Shown: piece by piece, positions 51,472-64,000 of the stretch
Layout: each line of letters opens with the position of its first letter
How positions within the stretch are numbered: the stretch's first letter is position 1
Translations under genes and position numbers: made by a program
Notes under the pieces: generated by a model
Told to the model about the DNA's origin: nothing
Database searches by the model: none
What the model saw: the letters and a program-made list of their open reading frames with translations, nothing else
NCBI GenBank assembly: GCA_951406725.2
Contig: OX597842.1
Location: 27,590,001-27,654,000, forward strand
Source: Octopus vulgaris
Taxonomy: Eukaryota
Length of the DNA stretch: 64,000 nucleotides
Direction of reading: 5' to 3'

Positions 51472-52465
51472 GTAATGTTTTGATTACTAAATAGCCTTTT
51501 TACCTAAAAGACAAATATTTCTAATACGGGCTTTTCGCTTGTCTTCTGGTGATAACTTTCCGTTTTTTAAAATTTTTTTTTTAACATTTTACTTCACTGA
51601 AAATATTACAATCATTAACATAATCCCTCATTCACTATCTTTTCTGCATTTTTCTAAGCTATACTCTAATCACATTTTCCCAATCCTTTAACAGTCAATT
51701 AAAAAAAAAAAAAGGATTCATATTTTATAAGTTCAATGTATATGAGCTCTTCCTTCTTTTAAAATTTACTGAGGAAAACTGACAATATATACCCCTATTT
51801 TTCATCATTTTTTTCTGCACATTGCTCTTTATCCTCCTTTTCTCCATCAAGGATCAATCACATATTTCTTCGCTTCATTTATATATGTGTGTGTCTGTGT
51901 GTGTGTGTGTCTGTGTGTGTATTCTATATATAAATATATATATAGCGAGAATCTTTCTCTTAAAACAAATCATGTTTACGTTTAAAAATATTTCATTTTA
52001 ACATATTTTTAGAACCCTACATATTTTTCCTGCTACATTTTCATTTGTTACTACGTTTTTCTTTTTAAATTCATGCTTTTATTTAAATGAAATCTAATTC
52101 TCTTCGTCAACATTTCGTTTCTTCGGATAATAGGGAAATTCCTATTACCAGTCACAGATATAACTCCACAACCCTCTTTTTAATAATTCTTCAGCACATT
52201 GCTTTTTTTCCACCTTTTCTCCCTGAAGGCTCATTTCTTGCAATCCTCAACCGCCCAAAACGCGCCCATGGAGCAAATACAAACACAACACACCAACGAG
52301 CCTTCGTCTTCTGGTGATAACGTACGTTTTTTTTATCTATTACATTTTCACATTTATTTACAACCCTGACAACTTTTCCTGCTAAATTTTCATTTGTTAC
52401 TACTTTCTTATTTTTTCTTAAATTGATGCTTTTATTAAAATTAATTCTAATTGTCTCGAATTCAG

Positions 52466-55400
52466 CGTCAACGCTCACGTATGACAGACACTCCAGTTGC
52501 GAGGGAGGCACGTCTTACTGCACAACGCGAAAGCACCCGAATGGCGAGACTTGCTGACACACATGATGAAAGGGAGGCACGTCTCGCTACTGACCGCATT
52601 CAAGCACAACAAAGAAACCCCAATCAGACAGCAGAACAGACACAAGTTACACGGTCTATAGCACAACGAAAACTCAAGCAAAATAAGGCTGCTAAGAGGG
52701 ATGAGTTCTGGTACAGGGCCGCCTTCACCTACGATCCTGCTAAAAACTATGCCAACAACAACAAAGTGACCATCGGAAAGATGGACAAAATTTGTTCCTC
52801 CTGTGGGGCCAAAACGTGGGATTTCGATGTTCCCGGTCTTTGCTGCTCTCAAGGAAAAGTCCGACTCCCACCGTTACCTGATCCACCTCAGGTTCTTCTA
52901 GAATTGCTTACAAGTCCATCTGACGGTGCAAAGCATTTTCGTGAAAGAATTCATAGGTTTAATTCGTGCTTCTCAATGACATGCTTTGGAACAACGAGCA
53001 TACCAGGTTTACAAAAAAATAAAAATAAACAAAATATGCCACGACCTTCAAATGTTGCTTCGACAACAACTGAAAATCTCAGTGTCCCGGGACCTTCATG
53101 GACTGTTACAACAACAATAACGGAAAACCTCAATGTCCCTGGACCTTCAAGAGCTGTTGCGAAAACAGTACTCGAAAACCCCCATGTCGACAGACATTCT
53201 ACAAAGCCTAATTATCATTCAGAGAAGTATGAACATTTTTACACATACAAAATTCATGGACAGTGCTACCATCAAATGGGAAGTCTTCGGCCGATTCCTG
53301 GTAAAGAGCCTACATTCATGCAGGTTTTCTTTGTTGGTGGTCACGATGAGGAACTTGCTATAAGGAAAGAAAATAATCCAAAACTTGAGCGGCGTGTAAT
53401 TGAAGTACTTCAGAAAATGCTCTACCAGACTCATCCTTATGTTCGTGTGTTCAAAAATGCAATGGATACGTTGGATTCTCAACCTCATTTAAAATTGGTG
53501 ATACATGCCGACAAAACTCCTGCCGGTGAGCACCCTGGTCGTTTCAACGCTCCAACTACGAATGAAGTTGCAGCACTCATGGTCGATGAGGTCCATGGAA
53601 ATCGTGACATAATCCTCCGTCACCGCGACGAAGACGTGACTTTTGTTTCAGAATTACACCGATGTTACGATTGCTTGCAGTACCCTCTCCTTTTTCCTCA
53701 TGGAGAGGATGGATACCACTTAGAAATTCAAAAGGTTGATCCCACAATTCTCACACTTCTTGACAAGAAGGTTTCCTGCAAGGCATTTTACGCCTATCGA
53801 CTCATGGTGCGGGAAAACGATTTCAATTTATTACTAAGGTGCCATTCTTTGACCAATCAGTTTTTGGTCGACATGTATTGTAAAGTTGAGTCCGAACGTT
53901 TAAAATACATTCGTTCCCACCAGGACCAATTAAGAGCAACAGAATACGTTAATCTAGAGGATGCAATGCGTCAAGACGGTGATGCAGCCAACGTTGGAAA
54001 ACGTATTATTCTTCCTTCAACACTTATTGGCTCACCTCGGTATATGAATAAACGAATGCAGGACGCAATGACATACCTCGGTAAGTTTGGAAAGCCGGAT
54101 CTCTTCATTACATTTACCTGCAATCCTACCTGGCCAGAGATTAAAGAGAATGTGTTCGCTGGGCAGCTGCCAGAGCACAGACATGACATTGTGGCGCGCG
54201 TTTTTCATGCCAAGTTGAAGAAAATGCTATTTTTAATGAAAGTTTTGCATATTTTGGGCCCACTGTCTGCTTGGATGTATACTGTGGAATGGCAGAAGAG
54301 AGGTCTTCCACACGTTCATATGCTAGCCTGGTGTCAGGATAGAATCCACCCTGTGGATATTGACAGAATTATATCTGCTGAGTTGCCCGATCAAAATGCT
54401 GATCCTCAGCTGCACATCAGTGTGACAAAGCATATGATTCACGGTCCATGTGGTGACTTTAATCCGAGAAGTCCATGCATGAAGAATAAAAGATGTTCGA
54501 AGCGGTACCCTAGAGACTTTTGCGGTCAAACCTGCACTACGAATGACGGATATCCCATCTACCGAAGGCGTGACCCAGGTTTGGGTGACCGCACAGCTAC
54601 AATTAGACAACGGCTAAAAACATTCGATGTTGATAATGCCTGGATCGTTCCATTCAACCCTTTGCTTTCCAAAACATTTAATGCACACATTAATGTTGAG
54701 TACTGCAGTTCGGTGAGATGCATACAATACCTCTGCAAGTACATTAATAAGGGCGATGATATGGTCGTGTTTGTGTTCAGTGATGAAGACCTTAGACATG
54801 ACGAAATTAAACAATTCGTTTTGGGTAGGTATGTATCCTCCAATTATGCAGCGTGGCACATTTTTGGATACGAGATTCATCTAAGCTCACCAACAGTTTT
54901 CCACCTGAATGTTCATTTACAGAAGAGACAGCTGGTTTACTTCACAGAGAAAAATGCACGTCAAGTCATTGAAAATCCAAAAGGGACTACACTTACAGCA
55001 TTTTTTAAATTGTGTTCAGTTGATGAGTTTGCTGCTACTCTCATTTACCCTGAAGTACCGGAATATTACACATACAACAACAATAATTGGAAGCGCAGGT
55101 CACATGGAACAGAACTTGACAATTGGCCTGGTGTTTCTAGGAAGAACGTCATTGGGCGTGTGTATAATATTCATCCTACCAAACAGGAAATCTTCTTTTT
55201 GAGAATGCTACTTCATGTAGTTACTGGACCGAAGTCTTTTGCTGATCTTCGCACGGTTGATGGTATCATCTGCGCCTCTTACAGGGAAGCATGTTTGAGG
55301 CGCGGACTTCTTCTCAATGACGACCACTTACACAGGACATTAGCAGAGGCCTCAAATTGTAAACTGCCATGGCAAATGCGTCGATTGTTTTGTAGCATAT

Positions 55401-57058
55401 TAATCCACTGTAATCCCAGCAACCCTCTTAACCTTTGGGAATCGTTCAGACAGAGCCTATCAAAGGACATACAGGCTAATTTAGCGCTACGTGATGGCAA
55501 CGACGATGTTTATAATGAGGCATTAATCGACATGGACAGACACATCAGACGCTATGTTATACGCGGTTTAAGTGATTTCCATCTGCCAACACCTGTCCAT
55601 CATGAAGCGCATTTGGATGTTGAATACATGTCAGAAAAAAACTACAACATTGCCGAATTGACGGAAACAATGACGCGAGATGAACCAAGACATTTGCCTG
55701 AACAAAGAGAGATTTATAATGAAATTATTGACAGCGTTAGATTGAATCAAGGAAAGCTTTTCTTTTCGAATGCTCCAGGTGGTACTGGTAAAACTTTCGT
55801 TATCAATTTGATTCTCGCAAAGCTGCGCGCTGAACGTCGAATTGCCATTGCATGTGCCTCAAGTGGTATTGCAGCGACACTGCTTCAAGGCGGCCGGACG
55901 GCACATAGTGCATTCAAATTGCCCATGGACATTGGAAAGAAAGATAATCCTATATGTAATATAGATCGTAGTTCCTCAAGAGCAAGACTTCTTCGTGAAT
56001 GCAGTCTTTTTATTTGGGTTGAGGCTACAATGAGTAATAAGGCCATGTTTGAAGCTCTTGACAGAACTCTCCAAGATTTGCGTCACAATACAAAAATAAT
56101 GGGTGGAGCTACGTTTCTCATGGCAGGAGATTTTCGACAAACTCTTCCTGTTGTCCGAGCAGGCACTAGAGCCGATGAGGTTAATGCATGTATAAAGCAT
56201 TCTTATGTGTAGCACAGTGTTATCAGTCGCCATCTTCAAACAAACATGAGAGCCCACCTACATGGTGATGTGGAGTCTGAGGCTTTCGCAAAACACCTAT
56301 TAGATCTTGGTGATGGAGTTTTGCCTTTCGTTGATAATGAGCATATTCGGTTGCCTTTTGGGAATTTCGTTCCAAATGTAGAGGAACTTATAAGAGCCGT
56401 TTCACCTGACGTCGAAACCAACTTCCAGGATCTCGATTGGCTAAGAGCAAGAGCTATTCTATCGCCTCATAATACAACAGCTGATGCTACAAATAAACAA
56501 GTACTTGATATCATTCCTGGTGAGATAGTTTCTTTCATGTCCATCGATACAAATAAAGATGAGAATGATGCAGTCAAATATCCACCCGAGCTACTCAACA
56601 AGCTAACACCTCCGGGACTTCCACCTCATCATTTGTGTTTGAAAGTTGGTGCTCCAATCATGGTGCTCAGAAATATGGAAACGCCTGAAATATGCAATGG
56701 AACCCGAATGGTTATTAGGAAGATTCAAAGCCATGTTATAACTGCTGAAATTTTGAGTGGACCATTTGTAGGAACAATCAAGATGATACATAAAATGAGT
56801 ATTTCACACTCTGATGTTCCCATTCAGTTTAAACGCTTTCAATTTCCGATAAAACTATGCTTCGCGATGACAATCAACAAGTCACAGGGACAATCACTGG
56901 ACATTGTAGGCATTAACCTGTCACAACCGGTTTTCAGTCATGGTCAATTGTACGTAGCCTGTTCTCGAGTTGGAAATCCACATAAACTCTTCATTCTTGG
57001 CAATCATGAGCGCACAAGGAACGTGGTTTATCAGGAGGCTCTGACAAAAGAAAACTGA
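52466..57058 (+). CDS. Helitron Rep (HUH Y2) / PIF1 helicase, interrupted by one in-frame TAG at 56210-56212
   Basis: CxxC..CC zinc motif, FITFTCNPTW, VEWQKRGLPHVHML, YLCKYINKG, GGTGKT, GDFRQTLPV, FAMTINKSQGQS, HGQLYVACSRV; both ORFs are in the same frame. Confidence 0.95.
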
Positions 57059-57925
57059 TTCTAAGTCATGAAATTTTGCTTGATTTTTTATTTTGCACCT
57101 CTTCATTCTTGAAAATAAAGACATTAAAAAGAACATGGTTCATAAAGAACATTGGGTTCAGATGTTTGCAAACATTTGATCCAACTCATTCTCTTTATTC
57201 CTCATTTTCCAATTCCTTCTACGTCTCCATTAAACGGTTTTGTCAAGTTATTGTTTCTTCGCTAACATAAGACATTCATAAAGTGAATGAGTTGTTAATT
57301 ACATTTTATACACTATTCCATTGTTTAGGTGGTGTCGAAAGGACTGGCATGTGTCACCATATAAACTCTCTCAGTCAAACTCCCAACTCATGAGTTCACG
57401 TCGTGATACTCTTTCTACAAAACTGAGCTGGGTGTGAATTCTAATTTCATTCACTATTACACATTTTTTTATTTTTGAAACAAACTCATTGCCTCTTTCG
57501 CTTTAAAACAATAAAACAATGCTACCTTAATACATTGGTCCAACAAACAAAACGTCAAACTCTCACATTCTTTTATGTATCTGTCTTCCTCCATCACTCA
57601 CTCACTTTTCTCCCTTCCTTTCACATTCTATCTATAACGTCGTTTCACAGCGTCTACCTCCCTTACATTCACTTTCTCTTTATAACGTCGTTTCACAGCG
57701 TCCGTTATCCCCCCTCCCTGCCTTCCACAGCGCTTTCACACACTCTCACTCTCTACATCTGTCTGCATTCATAGAGAGAATTATCATCGACACAACAACC
57801 ACTCAATGATGACAACAAATATTATGAATCAGATATTTATTGGGTTAATTTATATATGTGTGTGTGTATCTATATATAAATATGTATATATAATAATTTT
57901 TATATATACAAAGTGCATATATCTG

Positions 57926-57967
<42 letters not shown>

Positions 57968-58029
57968 ATTTGTATACATTTATATATATATACCACACTC
58001 TTACCCGCGCGTAGAGCGGGTCCCTTCAG

Positions 58030-58184
<155 letters not shown>

Positions 58185-58267
58185 ATACAGAGAGAGAGAA
58201 ATTGTGAAGTGGGAGGGAGAAAGAAGGAAATAATGATAATATTTTATAATGATAATGATATATATAC

Positions 58268-58360
<93 letters not shown>

Positions 58361-58842
58361 CAGAGAGAGAGAGAGAGAGAAATTGTGAAGTGGGAGGGAG
58401 AAAGAAGGAAATAATGATAATACGTGAGTTGGGGGTGTAAAGAAGGTGTTCCGAAATTAAGGGAACCAAAGTTTCGGGCTTTAATGACTATCAATAGATA
58501 GTGTGTCTTGTGTTTGCTTCAGACCAAATAAATTCAGATTTATGGATTAGATAATGACTCTAGACCGAAATACAATCATAATACTCTCCAAGGAGATTGT
58601 TGAAGGCATGCTGCCCTAACTGCTGTTCACTGAATGAAAAGAAATTTCACATTGAATAGACTGTGAACCAGCAAAATGGCCAGCCTTGGAGTGTACCTGG
58701 ATCCATCGGGGTTCGATTGGTAATTTGATGTCAAAATCCACTCGGATATTCCCCTCGTTATTTTGAGATATATTGTATTGAAGTTCATTTTGGGATTCTT
58801 GTGTTGTTTTTATGTATGTACAAACACAAACAAATAAACATA

Positions 58843-61800
58843 TATATGTGCATGCAGTATGTGCATGTAACAATCATAGACTAATGCACATATATATGCA
58901 TATAAAGTATTTGTGCATAAAGCATGCTAATTAATTAGTGAAAGAAAGTAAGGCAGTGCCCATAGCCTACACAAGGCCTCAAAACCTGAGAAAGAGAATT
59001 AGATGAGATAAACAGGAACAGTATATTATTGCTACTTAATATTTTCAACCAGTGGTGGGATAGTGTGAAAAGTTAATCCAAAGAATATGTCATGGGTGGA
59101 GTTTCTTTGATTCTACGTTTGAAGGACCTGGGCTGAATTGTGGCTAAACGGCTACAACTACTCCAAAACTGACCTTTCCTTGCAAAAAGGACCACCACTA
59201 TCACCATGACCCCAACCACCATCACTTCTGCAACCTATACCATCACAACCACAACCAACCTACACATTTTTGCTCAGACCAACTCTGTGATTTATTCAAA
59301 TGCCTTGCATTGGGCCCTTAGTGGGATCATTGCAGTTCTCAGGCGAGGTAGCTATATCATCATCATCGTTAAACGTCCGTTTTCCGTGCTACCACGGGTT
59401 GGACGGTTCGACCGGGGTCTGGAAAGCCAGGGGCTGCACCAGGCTCCAGTCTGATCTGGCAATGTTTTTACAGCTGGATGCCCTTCCTAACGCAGCGCTG
59501 GCATCGGCCACGTTCAGATGGTGCTTTTTATGTGCCACCGGCACAGAAGCCAGTCGGGGCGGCGCTGGCATTGGCCACGTTCGGATGGTGCTTTTTATGT
59601 GCCACCGGCACAGGTATCACAACAACTATTTCCATTGATATTTATTTTGATGTACATGTACTTGACTCAATAGGTCTCCTCAAGCACAGTGGGATGTTCT
59701 GGTATCCAAGGTACTTTGAATAGGCAGGGGCTATGCGGGACTGGTGCAGGAAGCAGCCCGGGTCTTTGCTGTCACAGCATATCTCCAGAGATCTCGGTCC
59801 TTCGTCATTGCCTCTGTGAGGCCCAACCATCTGAGGTCATGCTTGACTACCTCATCCCATGTCTTCCTGGGTCTACCTCTCCCCCTGATTCCTTCAACTG
59901 TTTGGGAGCGGCACTTCTTCACACATCTCTCCTCATCCATCCGCAGTACATGACCATACCATCGCAAGTGTTGCTCTTGCACACCACATCTGATGCTTCG
60001 TATGTCCAGCATTTCTCTCAGGGTGCTTACTCTCTGTCGTGCGTGCACACTGACATTACACATCCAGCGGATCATGCTAGCTTCATTCCTTTCAAGTCTA
60101 CGCATGTCCTCTGCAGTCACAGCCCATGTTTCACTACCGTGAAGCATGGCAGTTCGCACACATGCATCATACAATCTACCTTTCACTCTGAGCGAGAGAC
60201 CCTTTGTCACCAGTAGGGGTAGGAGCTTTCTAAACTTTGCCCAGGCTATTCGTATTCTAGTGGTGACACTATCCGAGCATCCACCTCCACTACTAACTTG
60301 GTCACCCAGGTAGCGGAAACTATCAACTACTTCTAGTTTCTCCCCCTGGAGTGTGATGGAATCTGTTTTCTGAGTATCTGTGGTGTCTATTGTCCCTGTG
60401 CATCTGCCGCACATGAAAGCTATCTTATCAGTTAATTTCCCTTTGATGTTGTTGCACCTCTTATGCGTCCATAGCTTACACTGGGTACATCTTATGGAGT
60501 TGCTACCTACACCTTTCCTACAGATTGAGCAGGGCCACCTGCCCGATGGTGTGTGTACGGAGTTCGCCTTTCTGCTTACTATAACTTTGGTCTTTGCTAC
60601 GTTTACTCTAAGGCCCTTTGATTCTAACCCTTGCTTCCACACCCGAAATTTCTTTTCTAGTTCCGGTAGTGATTCTGCTATGAGAGCCAGGTCATCAGCA
60701 TAGAGGAACTCCCAAGGGCAACCTGTTTTGAATTCCTCTGTTATTGCCTGGAGGACTATGATGAATAAAAGGGGACTGAGGGCTGAGCCTTGGTGTAGAC
60801 CTAATTCTACCCGGAATTCTTCACTATATTCGTTGCCAATTCTAACCTTGCTGACAGCCTCTCTGTATAGGGCCTGTACAGCCCTTATTAGCCATTCGTC
60901 AATCTCCAGTTTCCGCATCGACAACCAGATAAGGGATCGGGGGAGCCTGTCAAAGGCTTTCTCCAAGTCCACAAAAGCTATGTAGAGGGGTTTATCTTTA
61001 GCTAGGTACTTCTCCTGCAGTTGTCGGAGCAGGAATATAGCATCAGTGGTGCTTCTACCTGGCACAAAACCGAACTGCATCTCATCTAAGCAAATCCTCT
61101 CCCTAATGAGATGGGCTATGACCCTCTCTGAGACCTTCATCACCTGATCCAACAGTTTAATAACTCTGTAGTTATTTCTATCTAGTAGTTTATCTATTGA
61201 CCCTGAAAGAATTTGACTTCAGCTGGATTTGATCTCAGAACATAGAGAACCGCAACAATTACTGCAAAGCTGTCAATTAGCTATCCTGAAGACCCAATAG
61301 AAAAAGCAGCTAAACCTCACTCAGCTCACGCCTTACTTTTATAAGAAAGAAAGGCTATTGTAGATAATGTAATTTCAACATTACTCATTGCCAAAAGGCA
61401 GGATGGTCATGGCAAGAACGTCTTTAAGCAAATTATTTCTGGATTAGAGATGATGTGGGAGCTGGACAACAACATCTAAAATTAGAACTCACTAGAATTA
61501 AATGTTCCCTAGAGATAGCACAAGAAGTAGACGTGGCCGCATTTCCCGCGACACACATCGAACCCGTGCTCTATGGTGTCAGCTTGATGCAGTCATATGT
61601 ATATCAGGGACAATATATGTGTGGCTGCAATTCAGCCATTTGATCAGATAACTGGAAGAGAGGGCAACAACAATAACAATGCCAACAACATCAAATACAC
61701 ACACACACACACACACACAAAACACCACCACCACCAGCAACAAGATAATCATCGTTAATTTTAGAGAGGATCACTTTTCTTATATTATCGAGAATAATGA

Positions 61801-63058
61801 ACCTGGCGTAATTTCATATCGTCAACCAATACTGCCACACCTGAGATGTTAGTCACGTTGTGATTGAGAAATCGGTCAACATAAATATTACTTTACACAC
61901 TCTGCTATCATATTTTCTTATGCAACAATCAATTTCTATCCTGTTTCTTTATTTTGAGTTCGTTTCAAATTTTTTAAGAATTTTTATCCTGATTTCAAAT
62001 GTCGGACAAAACACTGAATCGGAAAACTGATACGTCTAAAACTGGTGGTGCATATGTATGTGTGTATATATGTGTATGTATGTGTGTTTGCATGCATGTA
62101 TGAATCTGCATGTATGTGCAGATGTATTTATGCATGCATGTATATATGTATATGTGTGTGTATGTTTGTATGTATGTGTGTAGGTATGTGTTTGTAAGCA
62201 TGCAAATATATATGTATGTATGTATGCATCTGTGTGTGCATGCATGCATATATGGATGCATGCATGCATGTATGCATGGATGCATGCATGGATGCATGCA
62301 TGTATGTATATATGTATGTATGTATGTGCATATGTATGTATGCATGTATGCATGGATGCATGCATGGATGCATGCATGGATGCATGCATGTATGTATGTA
62401 TGTATGTATGTGCATATGTATGTATGCATGTACGTATGTATGCATGCATGTATGTGTGTATGCATGTATATATGTATGTATGCATGTATGTATGTATGTA
62501 TGCATGTATGTATGTATGCATGCATGTATGTATGCATGCATGTATGTATGTATGCATGTATATATGTATGTATGTCTGTATGTAAGCATGTATGTATGTC
62601 TGTATGTATGTGTTTGCAAGTGTGCAAATATATATGTATGTATGTATCTATGTATGTCTGTCTGTATGTCAGGTCACTTACAAGGCTCTCATAAGTGCTG
62701 CTGGTAACATGGAATCCAGTACAACCAGTTGCATGGTTGGGTTGTCAGCAACTAAACTGGCAACCCCACCTGGATATCCAGATGAGGAGCGTTGCTAGAA
62801 ACCCACCAAAATTAAAAACAAGACCTGTTGAAAGGTCGGATGAACGGCTGTCTAGCAACAGCAGCTGAAAAGGTTGGAATTAATTCCAGTTTTAATAAAA
62901 TGTTGTTGTGCGAAACAATTGTACCAAATTACCGGAGTCATTCTTTGTACATACTTTTGATTATAATCACCCCACAAATTTTTATGGATAACACCATACA
63001 AAATTCTGGTGCATCTAAATTAAATACCATATTCATTTGAATCTATATTGTTGGTGAA
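58843..63058 (+). repeat. Local segmental duplication, copy B (interrupted by an RTE LINE)
   Basis: Matches 43578-45882; the empty site GCTATATC|TAGTAG is visible in copy A at ~44140-44150. Confidence 0.92.
59357..61185 (-). mobile_element. 5'-truncated young RTE LINE with open RT frame (59731-61152)
   Basis: QFGF..GRST.DAIF, FVDLEKAFD, GLHQGSALSP, YADD, YLG; (GAT)n tail; PHD-type finger insert. Confidence 0.95.
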
Positions 63059-63196
63059 TATATATATATATATACATATATGTGTGTATATATGTATATA
63101 TGTATATATATATATATGTGTATATATATACATATATATATGTGTATATATATATATACATATATATATATGTATGTATATATACATATATATATG

Positions 63197-63250
<54 letters not shown>

Positions 63251-63254
63251 TATA

Positions 63255-64000
63255 GATAAGAAAGTTTGTTTGGTAAAGCACGTGGGTGAATATATAAGAA
63301 AATAGTAAAGTGTGAAAAAACGACAGAAGGCTTAAATGTTAAAAAATATATATATTTGTGTCAAAATGTCTGGAGAATATTGGAAAAATTTTTTTCCTTT
63401 CCTTAAAATGACATAATTTTAAAATTTTTAAAGAAATTACCGGTTTCGCGTGTAGCTTTTCAAATTTCTTGTGACGTTATGTTTATATTGCATGGAGTTA
63501 TCGTTGTGTTTATTTTCAGGAGATTTCTAAATTAGGGGAGGTAGTGAGTGATTTCTTCCGGTGTAAGGTAGATAATCGCTTAAAAATTTTTTTTCGTTTT
63601 CCCTTGTTAATTTCTCTGTGTCAGTATGTTCGGATGGTTGAGTCTGGGTTTGTACTTTTCAATGAAGAATGTTTCCTTGTTCAGTCTCATTTGTGTTGAT
63701 TATCCGAAAGCACATTGGTAAAATGGGAAGATTAAAAATTGTGGCAGTAGTTGCTTTGCGCATTTCTCAATGTTCTCACTAAAAGGTATCATTCTATATT
63801 CTGGGAATGCAATCTGTTGTCGATGCAGTGTGCATCTACGCCTGAGTGATAGTCCCGTGGAACCCACGTAGTCTTGGTGGCAGCCCGAGCATTTAATGAC
63901 ATAAATTATGTTTTCAGAGGCACAAGTAAAGTTAGATTTGATCTTGAATTTCTGTCCCTCTTTAAAGAAGAATTCTGATCCTTCCAATAGGTTTGGACAT
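63255..64000 (-). mobile_element. Penelope-like element 3' end (GIY-YIG endonuclease)
   Basis: FTC.SENIIYVIKCSGC..DYVGST..SLRRR..LH; runs off the window end. Confidence 0.85.
63431..63470 (-). ncRNA. Degenerate minimal type I hammerhead-like motif in the Penelope terminal repeat
   Basis: AAGAAAU-UUGAAAA-GCuacacGC-GAAAC-CG-GUA-AUUUCUU: 7-bp stem I, palindromic stem III, core CUGANGA altered at two positions. Confidence 0.55.

Noticed and set aside
52451-57058. Host PIF1 helicase gene or two separate genes
   Set aside because: Fused to a HUH Rep domain within Helitron termini; the two ORFs share one frame split by a single TAG.

Overview
AT-rich, microsatellite-dense eukaryotic DNA. The tRNA-derived SINEs and RTE LINEs with (GAT)n tails suggest a cephalopod (octopus-like) genome; this is an inference, not a database result. 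One host gene, assembled by hand from GT-AG splice sites, spans ~3.5-39.3 kb on the minus strand. It has a non-coding exon 1 with TATA/CCAAT/Inr, then 11 coding exons encoding ~578 aa: about ten ankyrin repeats, a C3HC4 RING finger and a C-terminal death domain. Two 1-nt indels (+1, then -1) mean this copy is either a young pseudogene or contains assembly errors. Most of the rest is transposon-derived. A near-intact Helitron (spliced Rep/PIF1 ORF, one in-frame TAG) is joined head-to-tail to a non-autonomous copy. Foldback elements with GGATCT ends and 8-bp TSDs carry telomere-like TTAGGG repeats, and one probably sits in the gene's 3'UTR. RTE LINEs carry a PHD-type finger inside the RT. Also present: CR1, RLE-type, Tc1/mariner, piggyBac and Penelope (GIY-YIG plus hammerhead-like) remnants, a 34-unit compound minisatellite and a ~2.3-kb local duplication. 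Most ORFs in the supplied track are microsatellite artefacts.
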